Assembly (NCBI GenBank): GCA_964016885.1
Contig: OZ024740.1
Span: forward strand, 219,604,001-219,668,000
Length of the DNA stretch: 64,000 nt
Direction: 5' to 3'
DNA from: Eledone cirrhosa
Taxonomy: Eukaryota
Positions 51,111 through 64,000 of this stretch are shown in pieces. The position numbers and the translations under genes were made by a program. The notes beneath the pieces are model-generated. The model was not told the DNA's origin. It did not search any database and worked only from the letters and a program-made list of their open reading frames with translations. Positions within the stretch are counted from its first letter, which is position 1. Each line of letters opens with the position of its first letter.

Positions 51111-53929
51111 CCGTCAAACATATAATTATTTCTGCATGTTTGCTTATAAATTGGACATTATCTCACTGCCAGTGATATCTCCATAGTTTAGTTAAAAAAA
51201 CATATACTTACAAACAAAAAAAAAATGGATAAAGAAATACTTTATTCTCTTGTCAAATTGACAAGAAAAAAATGTAAATGTTTTTGAAAAACAGGTGTCT
51301 GGGTTATTTCTGTGAGACAAAAATAGAATCTATTTATTAAAGGTAAAACCAATTAAATTACCTGACAATACAGTTAGACAGATGACGGTAAATTAATATT
51401 AAACATGTAACTAGTTCTCTGATAGTAAACTTATTATAGAGTGCCAGTTTGAGATTTATAGAATAATAAATAGTATGAATTGTATTGAAATTCAAGTCAA
51501 CCAATACTGTGTTTGTTTTTTTCTGATTTCTTTTGTTTATTTTTTGGGGTTTTTTTTTAAAACTTTGCAAATATATAATTTTTGTAAATTTGCCAAACAT
51601 AAAACTACTACAGCAGCCACTAAAATTCTATAGTGTCTTTCTTTATGGCAATGTTTTAGAATACGACTAGAACAGGCACTCCTGTAACTGTAGGAGGTAT
51701 TTTAAATGAACGCAACAGGAGGAGGCTGTTATTGTAAAAGCTATACACTATATATATATATATACACTATATATATATCTATATATACACTATATACATA
51801 TATATATACACTATATATATATATATATTCACTATATATATACATATATACACTATATATACATATATACACTATATATATATATATATACACTATATAT
51901 ATATATATATATACACACTATATATATATATATACACTATATATATATATATATATATACACTATATATATATATATATATATACACTATATATATATAT
52001 ACACTATATATATATATACACGATATATATATATACACAATATATACATATATATATACACACACACATACACATGTGTATGTGGATATGGGGGGAGGGG
52101 TGTTTGTATTTTGCTTTTTTTTTTTGGTCTTTTCCATGAGGTTTTTGTTTTTCTGTTTTTCTCTTTCATCTTCACATGTGTCGCCAGCACCAACACCACT
52201 ACCACCAACACCACCAACATTGACACCTTCACCACCAATACCTTCATTAACACCCACACCATCATCATCAATATTAATACCCACACCATCATCACAACTA
52301 CCACCCTCAACACCATTACCAACTTCACCACCCCCACTAACACCACCACAAACAACATCCCAACATCACCAATTCTTTCATCACCACTGCCATCACCATT
52401 ACCACCAACTCCTCCACCAATACCAACAACATCAACAACACCTTAACCACCAATGACAATGCCCCCACAGCCAATACTGCCACCACCACCAACACCACCA
52501 CCATATCATCATCACCATAGTAGTGACAATGGAAGTCATAATAGTAGCCATTTACATTATAAATATATAATTTCTATGCTTGTGAAAGTCAAATAGTTGT
52601 TCAAATACCTTTTTCTATTCACATTTCTCACCTCACCCTTACTAGATTCTAAATTGAATTCTAGTAATACCCTTCCATGGCTAATATCAGGGCCTATAAA
52701 AGGTAGGTGTTCAGTTGTTACATCTATCAATGCCCTAGGGAGTCAAAAAAGGAGGCCAGTGAATATCTGATGCATGCACCTCATTAAAAAAATACCCTTC
52801 TCAACCCCTTAAATTTTCAGAGCAATTTTCACTCCCTACTAGGATGGGGGACAGAAAAAAAAGTCTTGTTTTGTCTTGCAACATTACTCTTGGAGGCCCT
52901 ATTTACAACACTTTTCATTATTTATTCGCATGTTAGGATGGTGAATTGGGATCAGACAGATACTTAGTTCTCACTCTACATTCAATTCCAGCTGAGGTCA
53001 ACTTTGCCTTTCATCTTTCTGTGATTGGTAAAATGAAGTACTAGTAAAGTACTAGGATTGATATAATCGACTTTCCCCTTCCCCAAAATTGCTGACCTTG
53101 TGCCTAAATAAGAAACCATTATTATTTAAGAGCAGTTGATGACAGTATTGGTAGAGTGTTGAACAACATGCTTTGTGGTATATAGTTACATCTCTTTACA
53201 TTCTGAGTTCAAATACTGCTGAGGTTAGTTTTGCCTTTCATCCTTACAGGGTCAATAAAATAAAGTATCAGTAATGCAATCAACTTTCCCCTCCAAGAAA
53301 TTGTTGGCCGTATATCTAAATCAGCAAAGGTGGTGAATTGGCAGTATCGGTAGAGGGTCAGGCATGCTTTCCAGTCTGAGTTCAAATCCCACCGAGGTTA
53401 ACTTTGCCTTTCATCCTTACGGGGTCGATAAAATAAAGTACCATTAATGTACTGGGTAATTGCTGGCCTTGTGCCTAAAGTAGAAACATTTATTTATTCT
53501 CATGTTAAAGGAAAGGCGTCTATCCACAGAAACCACATCAAAACGGTAGAAGGGACTCTTTCGTCACATGAAGGACTTGGCAACCTCCCTGATGCTGGTG
53601 TCATGACAAAATACACCCAGTACACTCTGTAAAGTGATTGGCAATAGGAAGGGCATCCAGCTGTATGAGGGTAGAGAAGGCTCTTCAGCTACATCAAGGA
53701 CATGACAACCTTCCTTAGTGCCCATGTCATGATAAAATGTACACTCTGTAAAGGAATTGGCATTAGGAAAGGCATCCAGCTGCATAAAACACGCAAAAAC
53801 AGAATGTATTGAGCAAGACGTAGTCCACTGACCCATCTAGAAGAACAATAGTACTGATTAAGTACTGACTTTATCTGTAACAACTCTTCTAACTCATGCT
53901 AACATCGAAAAGCAGGTGTAACATGATGC

Positions 53930-53997
<68 letters not shown>

Positions 53998-54135
53998 GCA
54001 GTGATGATGGTGATGATGATTACAATGATGGTGGTGTTGGTGGTGGTTAAAGTGATATAAAATTATAATTTCATTCTCCTGTCATCTAAGATATAATATT
54101 ATTAAACTTTCTCTTGTTCCTTAACAATCTACCAG

Positions 54136-54301
54136 CAAACAGTTGAGGTTTTCCTCTCTCGAAAGAATGTCACTGATGAACCAGATGTTGAAGGTCACAC
54201 AGCATTCATGTGGGCTGCTGGAAAAGGAGCTGATGAAGTGATAAAAACCTTTATTAAATACAGTGTAGATATTCAACAAGTTGATAAAAATAATGAAACA
54301 G
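54136..54301 (+). CDS. INVS: Inversin internal exon, QTVEVFLSRKNVTDEPDVEGHTAFMWAAGKGADEVIKTFIKYSVDIQQVDKNNET(A)
   Basis: ctaccag acceptor, GTAGGT donor at 54302; 166 nt, phase 0/1. FMWAAGKG motif matches recalled inversin (EGRTSFMWAAGKGSDDV). Confidence 0.93.
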
Positions 54302-56739
54302 GTAGGTGCAGTTTTTCTCAACTTTATTTTGATACTTAAATGAATTTCCATCTGCCATCATATTTTTTTAAATTCACTTAGACTGAAGAAGAGGGACGAT
54401 TACCAAAAGTCTTTTTCCTTAATGCTTTTCTCAGTTGAGATACAATTTCATTCCTTTTTCACTGTTTAGTCAGGGAAGGAAGAGTAGTGCCCATGATCTT
54501 TTCAGGTCTTCCAAGTTTGCTGAGTGGGAGAGAGAAAAGAAAGTATCAACGTGGTCTGAATTCTTGCAACAGAGCATACTCCACTGAAGGCACCCAAGGT
54601 CCATGTGGTGGTAAAGCTGAGTGACAGTTTAAGTCTACAATTCAGGTAGACCAGAGCAGGATTTGAACTCAGAATGCAAAGAGGTGAAATAAATATGACA
54701 AAACATCTAGTCCAAGACACTAACAATTCTATAAACTCACCTCTTCGGACTGTTTCTTTATTTTATCATATCTGAAAGGCATGAAAGGCAAAATTGGCCT
54801 CAGTGGGGATTTGAACTCAGAATTCAGAGTTTTATCTGCAAGCTGTTTTATCCTCTACTCTAATTATTCTCCCAGTCCCTGACCTTTATAGATAACTGAG
54901 GTTAATTATGTTGAAATATAGGGTGAAAATCCTAAAAGTATGTAGATGAAGATGGATTAATAACTTGACTAGGTAACATATTGTTACTGTGTTGGCAGTA
55001 ATTGGTTAGAAAACACAAAAAAAAGGAGGACTATGCTAATGACTTGTGTTTTGAATCATTTCTTCTCAAAGCCACATCAATATATTCTTTTTTTGTTCAA
55101 TAAGAGAGGTTGACAGAGTTGCTCGACATGTTACAAAACATCTGCTAAATCTTTCTCAGATAACCCCTCTCACCTTATGACAGAATCAAAATCAGAATAT
55201 GTATTCTGTCAAATGTGGAGGATAATGGATGCTGAGCATTTAGCTGTTTAATCCACTTGATGTTGTGTATGGTTGAGTATTCCAGTATTCCACAGACATG
55301 TGTACCCTTAATGTAATTCACAACCCAAACTAGCATGACATAGTAAGTGACAATACTGAACCTTTGAATTAGAAGTATAATCCATCTGATAGGTTTCGAT
55401 ACAGTTTCTGCCTACCTAATTAATACTCACTGGGCTTGGATTGACCTGAAGCTATGGTAAAGATAATTCTCCATTGTAGGATCAAACTCAGGATCTCATG
55501 ATTGTAAAATTAACTTTTTCACCATTCAGTCATGCCTGCAACCATTTGTTTCAATAGTGATATATCAGATATATATTTCTGTTGTTTTACATCATTATTT
55601 AAAGAAAAAAATCTGAATATGATATATTACTGTATTTTATCAACCTTCATTGGTAAAAATGGACTTTTTTTTTTACCAGAATCAACATATGTATTATATA
55701 GCATGTGAAGAATACTGGGATACTGTAAGAATTTCATGAATAAATTGTGTTATGCTTGAATATGTATTCGATAAAGTCACCTAGAAATCACCTTGTATCA
55801 GATGTTGATTGGTAGTCTAGATAGATGAAAGTCTCAAAAATGTTGTGACATCCAAGCTTGTTATTATTTATACAAGACTATATATGCATTATTATATATA
55901 CAATATTAACTATACATTATTATATATACAATATTATATAAACTTAGCCTCAAAAACATTGTGATATCTAACTTGTTATTATATATACATTATTATTTAA
56001 ACATTATTATATATACATTATTATATAGACTTAGACTGAGTTCAAATCCCGCCGAGGTTAACTTTGCCTTTCATCCTTACGGGGTCGATAAAATAAAGTA
56101 CCAGTAATGTACTGGGTAATTGATGGCCTTGTGCCAAAAGTAGAAACAATTATTATATAGACTTAGAGCAGTGATTTGGAGAAAATTGTTAATATGTCAG
56201 TTGAAATGCATTGGTGTATTTCATTATGGGCTTCTACATTCTGGTGAATACAGTGGGGGTGATGGTGATGATGATGATGGTGGTGGTGATTAAAACATTC
56301 TTGTTCATGTATACAAACAACTTCAATGAAGGAGATTGCTGATTTGTTCAATATCTCTCCCATCATCTTGTATATTGACACAACCTGTTATATTTACTCA
56401 ATAGCTTCTTTCTTTTACCTATAGCTGTGTACAGACATTTCCATATTTCAACACTACAGATGCATCATTTGCGTATACTTACTGCTGCTACTGTCTACAT
56501 AAAATTAAATTTCTATTTATCTTTTAAATGTTCATGTTGCTTCTTTAGAAAAAAAAAGTTCATCACATTTATCACCAGTTTCATCAGTGATCATAAAAAA
56601 AATTGCTTCTTGCTAATTTGTTCTATTGTTCTTTTGTTATTAAGAAAATAAAATAACGCTGTATGTCGTTGATTTAGTGTATATTTCTGTGGTACTTTAT
56701 GGTAATAATAAGCAGCTATTGTTTATTAGTAAGATGCAG

Positions 56740-57860
56740 GCTGTGTGGTTAAGATATGTTTATACATGGTTGTGTGGTTAAGGTGTAGACATGGATGTTT
56801 ATTTAAGATAAGAAGATGAAATCATGACAATATGGTTAAGACAGGTGTGTGTATGGCTGTGTGGTTAAGACTGGTACACACATGGTTTTGTGGTTAAGGT
56901 AGGTGTGTGTATGGTTGTGTCGTTAAGATAGGTGCATATATGGCTGTGTGGTTATGACAGGTGTGTGTGTGGCTGTGTGGTTGAAATAGGTGTGTGTATG
57001 GTTGTCATCATTATGATCATCAACACTGTGGTTGAGATAGGTGTGTGTGTAGCGAAAGAAATGTTTTCCTTGCTGGTCACGATCACAAAAGGATTGACCT
57101 GTGACTTCACAGAGATCTCTATAGATAGATTTCCCTTGTGGAAGGACTCATGGTGCCAATTGTGTGAAAGGAGGACATTTTCTAAGACCATCTGTTTTCT
57201 GTAAAGCAACTGGTGGTCATTATAAATACGCTGTCATTTGGCCCTAGGACAGACATTCTCTTGCATATCGCCTGTTTAACAACACAACTCACTACATACC
57301 ATTTACAACTACAACTGTTTCTGTGGTAACACAATGGCTGCCTTACTACCAACATGTCACTTTTTAGGGAATAGCCCCAGGGAAACAAAGTGACTGTTCA
57401 CACATCACTGAGACCTTATTGAACACTATAAACAGTGATTGTATTTACAATTCAAAGCAAACGTATTTCTCCTTTAATGAGGTGAAGTAAAGCTATATAA
57501 AATAACCCAGAATTGGTGTATTTGCCCTGTTCGTCTTTTCCTCCCAAACAAATACACTTTGCTTCGTGAGAATAGCTGTGTGATTCAGGTAGGTGTAGGT
57601 ATGGCTGTGTTGTTGAGATTGGTGTGTGGTTAAGATAGATGTGTGTATGGCTGTGTGGTTAAGATAGATGTGTGTATGGCTGTGTGGTTAAGATAGATGT
57701 GTGTATGGCTGTGTGGTTAAGATAGATGTGTGTATGGCTATGTAGGTGTGGCTGTGTGGTTGAGACAGATATGTGTATGGCTGTGTGGCTGAGACAGATA
57801 TGTGTAGGGCTGTGTGGTTGGGGTAGGTGTAGGTATGACTCTGTGGTTAAGGTAGGTGGA
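56740..57860. repeat. About 29 bp minisatellite (ggctgtgtggttaagatagatgtgtgtat) interrupted by an insertion
   Basis: Units at 56740-57046 and 57575-57860. Confidence 0.8.
57047..57571 (+). mobile_element. Possible solo LTR inserted in the minisatellite
   Basis: Unique 525 bp block beginning tgtagcgaa and ending ttcgtgaga (imperfect short terminal IR); no TSD resolved. Confidence 0.4.
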
Positions 57861-58860
57861 GGTATATGCATGTCGATGGTGGTGGCATTTCTCATTGAGT
57901 TAATGAGTCAACAACATATTTGTGCTAATTGAGATGAGATTAATCCTTGCTTATCAATCAACAATATCATAATTGGTTTAATGTCTATCCATGATGACTT
58001 GGATTTTCTGGATCAGATGAATAATGCCACCTTTATATTAATCAATTTCATTATTTGTATACTTAAGTGAACAATGGAATTATAGAAGAATTGTTGGAAC
58101 CTCTGACAAATTCTTTATAGCATTTGTTCTAGCTCTTTACATTCTGGGTTTAAATCCTGCCAAGGTTAATTTTGCCTTGTCATACTTCTGGGCTTAATAA
58201 AATATAAATATAGTCCCCTAACTCCTTGTGGAGTCATAGATGCACCATCACACAGCATGTCTAGGACACTATTAAACCTGGCAGAACCCAACCCTCTCCA
58301 GGTCTGAACACAGCTGATTTTTTCTATAGAGGAAGAATCGACCCCAGTACTGGACTGGTACTTTTTTTATCAACCTTGAAAGGATGAAAGGCAAAGCTGA
58401 CCATGGTGGGATTTGAAGCCAGCGCATGCAATGAGGTGGAATGAATACCATAAAGCATTCTATCTAATGTCTTAAAGACTCTGACAATTCGCTGCCTATA
58501 TAAAATATAATTGTTTCTACTTTAGGCACAAGGCCAGCAAATACCCAGTGCATTACTGGTACTTTATTTTATCGACCCCGTAAGGATGAAAGGCAAAGTT
58601 AACCTCGACGGGATTTTATTATATAAAATATAATACCAGTCAAATACTGGGATAGATTTAATTAGCTTTACCCTATTCCTAAATTGTTGGCCTTATGCCT
58701 AAATAGAAATCACTATTTTCATACATAGCTCTTTTCATTACCATATTTCTAATGAAATATACTATATCTTAATTAATGAAGAATTTGCATGCTAGCCTGG
58801 AAAAATGGACATTAAACAGTGATGATGGTGATGACGATCCTAATATATTATTAATGTACT

Positions 58861-59052
58861 GGGCGGTGGATTGGCAGTATCGGTAGAGGGTCGGACGCCA
58901 TGCTTTCCAGCATAGTTACGTCCCTTTACGATCTGAGTTCAAATCCCGCCGAGGTTGACTTTGCCTTTCATCCTTACGGGGTCAATAAAATAAAGTACCA
59001 GTAATGCACTGGGGTAATTGCTGGCCTTGTGCCTAAAGTAGAAACAATTATT
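58861..59052 (+). mobile_element. tRNA-derived SINE family B, full length
   Basis: A box TGGCAGTATCGG 58872-58883, B box GAGTTCAAATCC 58935-58946, central gaggttgactttgcctttcatccttacggggtc domain; tail duplicated to about 59100. Confidence 0.9.
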
Positions 59053-60602
59053 AGTGTACTGGGTAATTGCTGGCCTTGTGCCAATAGTAGAAACAATTAT
59101 TAATTAATTCATTAAGATGGTATCTATAACAAAACTTAAAACATTCTTATATTGAAAGATATTGATTTAAATAGCAATACTTTAAAATTGATGGCTTTGT
59201 TTCATAAAATGATAAGTGGTTTTGGCCAGTCGAGAGGAAGAATCAGTAGAGAGCTGGACTAAATGTCATGCAGTGTCTACTTATATCTTATGTTCTGAGT
59301 TCAAACATCACTAAGATCAACATTTATCCTTCCAGAGTTAATAAAATAAGTTCTAGTTAAATAATGGGCTTGAAATGGGCTTCATTAAATATACTACACC
59401 ACCACCACCCCCTCCCCCCAAAAATGTCTTGTGCTAATGTAAGAAAATGTTTAATTTATCAAGACTTCTAAGTAGAATTCTTAAAGTTCTGTACAAAATG
59501 TCACAATCAACTTTGCCCTTCACCTCTCCCCTGCCAACTAAAAAAAGGTACCGGTAATATATTAGGAAGACTTCTATACAATTGCCCCTTTGCCTAGTTA
59601 AAATAAATTATTAGGTGCAGGCTTACCAAACAAAGGCTGAGAAGACTCTTCAGTTTTGTCAAAGATATGAGGGTGATCTACACAATAAATGCACCCAGTA
59701 TACACTGTAAAGTGGTTGGTGATAGTAAGGGCATTCAACTGTGAAACATTTGTGAAACAAGGGTTGAGAAGAACTGCCTGTTGTTTCAAGGAGATGGCAA
59801 CCTTGCTAATGTTCGTGATCTACTTAATAAATACACCTAGTACATCCTGTGAAGTTGTTGGTTATAGGAAGGGCATCCAACCATAGAACTTTTGCCAAAC
59901 AAAGAGTTGAATGGACCCTTCAGTTGTGTCAAAGACATGACAACCTCCCTTGTGCAATCAGTAGAACATGAAACCAGATGTGAGATGCAGATCCCTAGCA
60001 TGTCTGGAAGATCAGTATTAATTTTGTCTATGTTGACTCATCCAACCCTTGCTAGCAGGGAAAGCAGACATTAAAAGGATGATGCTTATGATGATGATGA
60101 TGAAACATAGCTGTATGGTTAAAGGTTTCAGTAGTTTGCAACAACATGGTTTAGGGTTCAGTTCCACTACATGATACCTTAGACAAGTATCTTCTACTAT
60201 AGCCTTGCATTGACCAATGCCTTGGGATTAAAATTTAGTAGATGGGAACTCTACAGAAGTCCATCATGTCTGTGTGTGTGTGTGTGCGTGTGTGTGTGTG
60301 CATGTGTGTGTGTGTGTGTACGTGTCTGTCCATGTCAGTGTTTACATTTACAATTTATTTACATCTAACTAAGCAAGTCGACAAATATGAGTCAATAAAA
60401 TAAATACTAGATTTAAAAGACAAATTAAAAGTGGGGTCGATATGACTAACAAAAATCCCCAGATGGCCCCAGTACAATGAGTGAAACTAGTAAAAGAGTT
60501 GTTACTGCATACATTCACTGCACTGTGTGACCTGGCACAGCTCTGTATATTTTCATGTATATGCACTGTTTTGCTTTGTTTTGGTTGTATTCTACTGTAT
60601 AT

Positions 60603-60792
60603 AATTGTTTCTACTATTGGCACAAGGCCAGAAATTACCCAGTACATTACTGGTACTTTATTTTATCGACCCCGTAAGGATGAAAGGCAAAGTTAACCTC
60701 GGCGGGATTTGAACTCAGAATGGCAAGGGCCATAACTCTATGCGTCAAAGCATGGCATCCGACCCTCTACCGATACTGCCAATCCACCGCCC
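60603..60792 (-). mobile_element. tRNA-derived SINE family B
   Basis: Reverse complement of the family B sequence. Confidence 0.87.
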
Positions 60793-61313
60793 TACAGAGA
60801 CATACTGTATATAATGTAGCCTATTGAGGTTCCTAGTAGTAGTGCTATTGTCTGCATGTTGTATATATCATCATCATCATCATCGTTTTACGTCCGTTCT
60901 TCCACGCTAGCATGGGTTAGACGGGTTGTCCTGTTGTGGGCAGTGTCCAGTCGGCCGACCTTGTCTTGCTCATACAGGAACAGATTCTGTCTTGATTTCT
61001 ACAGCTGGATGCCCTTCCTAACACCAACCTCATTTACAGTGTGGGCTGGGTGCTTTTTTGCCGTGGCACCTCCACGACCACTTTGCAGTGGGAGGGTGTG
61101 GGGGCATATTGTCTATATGCTTCAGCTTCGGCTTGTTCCTGTGGGGGGAGTCTTCTGTATTACTGTGTGATGCCAGAGGTCACGGTTTGTGTGTCAAGTA
61201 TTACTGCGTGACCGAAGACAGTGTGGCAAGGAACCAGGTGGACCAAAATGCACCAGAGTACTCGATACTATGGGTAGTAGAGTGGGTAATAGGAAAAGAG
61301 TCAGGACTCTTTT

Positions 61314-61358
<45 letters not shown>

Positions 61359-61554
61359 GTATATATATGGTAGGTAGTATATATAGTATCAAATCGATAC
61401 TAGTGTCAGGGCCATAACTCCTATGGGTCACCTTGAGCCAATCCTCTGTGAAACACGTGTAACAGGTCGATACACAATAAATATTTTTTATATGTAAATG
61501 AAACTTCCTTGTTTTTTCTATTATATATTTATTTAAAACCATTCTCAAGGCACC

Positions 61555-61585
<31 letters not shown>

Positions 61586-62343
61586 GCCTTGAGAATGGTT
61601 TTAAATAAAACACATACATAAAATAAACCACTAGAACTTCCTATATATATAAAGTCCTAGTGATTTATTTTATGTCTCTGTCTGTGTCACTTTTAAATCA
61701 TTCTCAAGTCTTGTTAGTAAAGATAAAGATGTGGAGTTTGAAAACAGACATTATCCCTATAATAATTATTCTAGGGATTATGTCTGTTTTCAAACTCCAC
61801 TTCTTTGTTATCTCTACTAACAAGACTTTATAGCTAATTTGTTTCACTATTTTTTCTTTTACAGAATTTTATTGTTGTTGTTGTTTTCCTATCATTGTTT
61901 AACCATTTCGTTACCATATTTCTAATGAAAGACACTGCTTTTGATTTTCAAATAATTTTGAAAATAATCAAGAAATTGGAAGAATTTAGTAAAATAACTA
62001 ACTTTTATATTATTAGCCTGTTCGCTATCATATTTTTGCCTGTGATTTTCAGTTATTTCAAAATATAATCCAGGATTTAGAGAGATGTTGTTATATAACT
62101 TTTTCATTATTCAGCTGGTGTTTAGAACATAGCTTATCAAAGATTCTTACCTAAAGCTATTATGGAAGGTTTTTAGATAAATATAACCACTTTAAAACAA
62201 ACAGCTTTGTATCATAGAAGCAACGAATGACTGATAGCCTGTTTTGTATTTCTACAGTAAGAATTCAAAAATACAGAATTCATTTCTCAGTAGTGGCTGC
62301 TGGCCACTTCTTTTGTGCTTAAGGATATTTCACCTGGTCTTCT

Positions 62344-62725
62344 TCATCATCATCATCACCGTTTTACGTCCGTTCTTCCATGCTAGCATGGGTTAGACGG
62401 GTTGTCCTGTTGTGGGCAGTGTCCAGTCGGCTGACCTTGTCTTGCTCATATGGGAACTGATTCTGGCTTGATTTCTACAGCTGGATGCCCTTCTTAACAC
62501 CAACCTCATTTACAGTGAGTGCTGGGTGCTTTTTTTGCCGTGGCACCTACACGACCACTTTGCAGTGGAATGATAGGGACCCCAGTCCTATCATCTCATT
62601 TCTACAGCTGAGTAAACTGGAGCAATGTGAAATAAAGTGTCTTGCTCAAGGAAATAACACATCACCCGGTCCGAGAATTGAACTCACAACCTTTCGATTG
62701 CAAGCCCAATGCTCTAACCACTAAG
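62344..62725 (-). mobile_element. tRNA-derived SINE family A
   Basis: Homologous to 28418-28765; another partial copy at 63548-63740. Confidence 0.87.
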
Positions 62726-63216
62726 ATCTCCCAAATGCAGAGTCAGGATCGAACATTATTCAATCGTTCCTTGAGCTAATCGGCAGTGAAACATATGTAA
62801 TATGTAATTAAATATTTATATGATGCAATACCGATTTGTTGTTCCCATTTATTATTATTATTATTATATATATGGCAATTAATTGTCAGAGTCATTAGAA
62901 TGTTGGATAGAGTGCTTTTGGTATTTGTTCTTGCTCTCTGCTCTCTGTGTTCAAATCCCACTGAGGTCAACTTTGCTTTTCATCTTGTCGACGTCAATAA
63001 AAAAGAAGTACCAGTCTAGTACTGGGGTCAATTCTTCCTCTATATCTCTTTCTCACTTTCTATCTTTCTATGGAAGAAATCTGCTGTACTCAGGCCTGGA
63101 GAGGGATGGGCTCCAACAGGCTTAAAATTCCCAAGAGACACTGTATGCCACTATGGTGCCCCTATGACTCTATCAGGAGTTACAGTACCATACCATATGT
63201 AAATATATATATATAA

Positions 63217-63269
<53 letters not shown>

Positions 63270-63393
63270 GAGGTGAGTTCTATTGTAGTACAATAAAGCA
63301 ATGCAGATATCGGATAAGAAGCACTCTACAGTTTGTAGGACTGGAGTATACATAATATATAAGAACAAAAGATGGTTAAAAGAGTTCCATGTA

Positions 63394-63460
63394 TTTTATT
63401 ATGCGCATTTCAAAAACAAATATCATCATGCAATAATATTTGTGTTTTCATCAGATAAAA
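63394..63460 (-). ncRNA. Type I hammerhead ribozyme with 16 bp stem II
   Basis: ttttat CTGATGA [aaacacaaatattatt-gcat-gatgatatttgttttt] GAAA TGCGCA TA ataaaa; palindromic stem III ATGCGCAT; AUA triplet. Lies in an (AT)n-flanked element 63260-63525; truncated copy at 27752-27810. Confidence 0.82.
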
Positions 63461-64000
63461 CAGGAAGACATGATATGAAGATTAAAAAACACTTGTGGAT
63501 AGTGCAGTTTTAAATCAACATATGATATATATATATATATATATATATCATCATCATCATCATCATTTTACGTTCGCTTTTCCCTGCTTGCAAGGGTGGG
63601 ACGGGAACTGATTCTGGCTTGATTTCTACAGCTGGATGCCCTTCCTAACACCAACCTAATTTACAGTGAGTGCTGGGTGCTTTTTTGCCGTGGCACCTCC
63701 ACGACCACTTTGCAGTGGAATAATATGGACCCCAGTCCTATATATATATATATATATACATAAATACATAAACAGAGAAAGCTATTAGCGATACTCCGAA
63801 CAATTTCCAACTCACTCAACAAACATTAGGAAATACCGGAGTATATTCCTAATTAAACGTTTGGGGTGCTAACTATATTGTATTGTGTGGATAATCGGCT
63901 GTATTAGTTTATATGAGATATATTAAAATCTCATACATATATATATAAAGATTGTTGGTTCAGAGGAGAGAGATTATGAAGAGAAAGAAGACAGTTGGAA

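Noticed and set aside
61850-61900. Strong acceptor ttttttcttttacag as the next INVS exon
   Set aside because: The following sequence does not encode the expected ALHAAA-type ankyrin repeat; the next exon is probably beyond the window.

Overview
Eukaryotic, AT-rich, repeat-dense genomic DNA. The SINE families, (CAT)n-tailed RTE elements and long (AT)n runs suggest an octopus or other coleoid cephalopod; this is an inference, not a database match. The window lies within a + strand inversin (INVS) gene. Four ankyrin-repeat exons (14090-14188, 35074-35149, 48147-48253, 54136-54301) splice in frame through GT-AG introns of about 21, 13 and 6 kb; the gene start and end are outside the window. The introns contain a young, nearly intact Penelope-like retroelement (30690-34345, - strand; RT plus GIY-YIG, pseudo-LTRs, hammerhead ribozyme), RTE and CR1-type LINE fragments, three tRNA-derived SINE types, mariner/Tc1, hAT and piggyBac MITEs, a non-autonomous Helitron, possible solo LTRs and minisatellites. 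The most notable signal is a set of short non-coding elements from several unrelated families. They sit in (AT)n runs, are often fold-back palindromes and carry type I hammerhead cores with palindromic stem III, some with greatly extended stem II. Several also share a bipartite motif (RCTCTRC...GYATYGAGYAC) with the pseudo-LTR of the full-length Penelope element. Most short ORFs in the supplied track are microsatellite or antisense artefacts.
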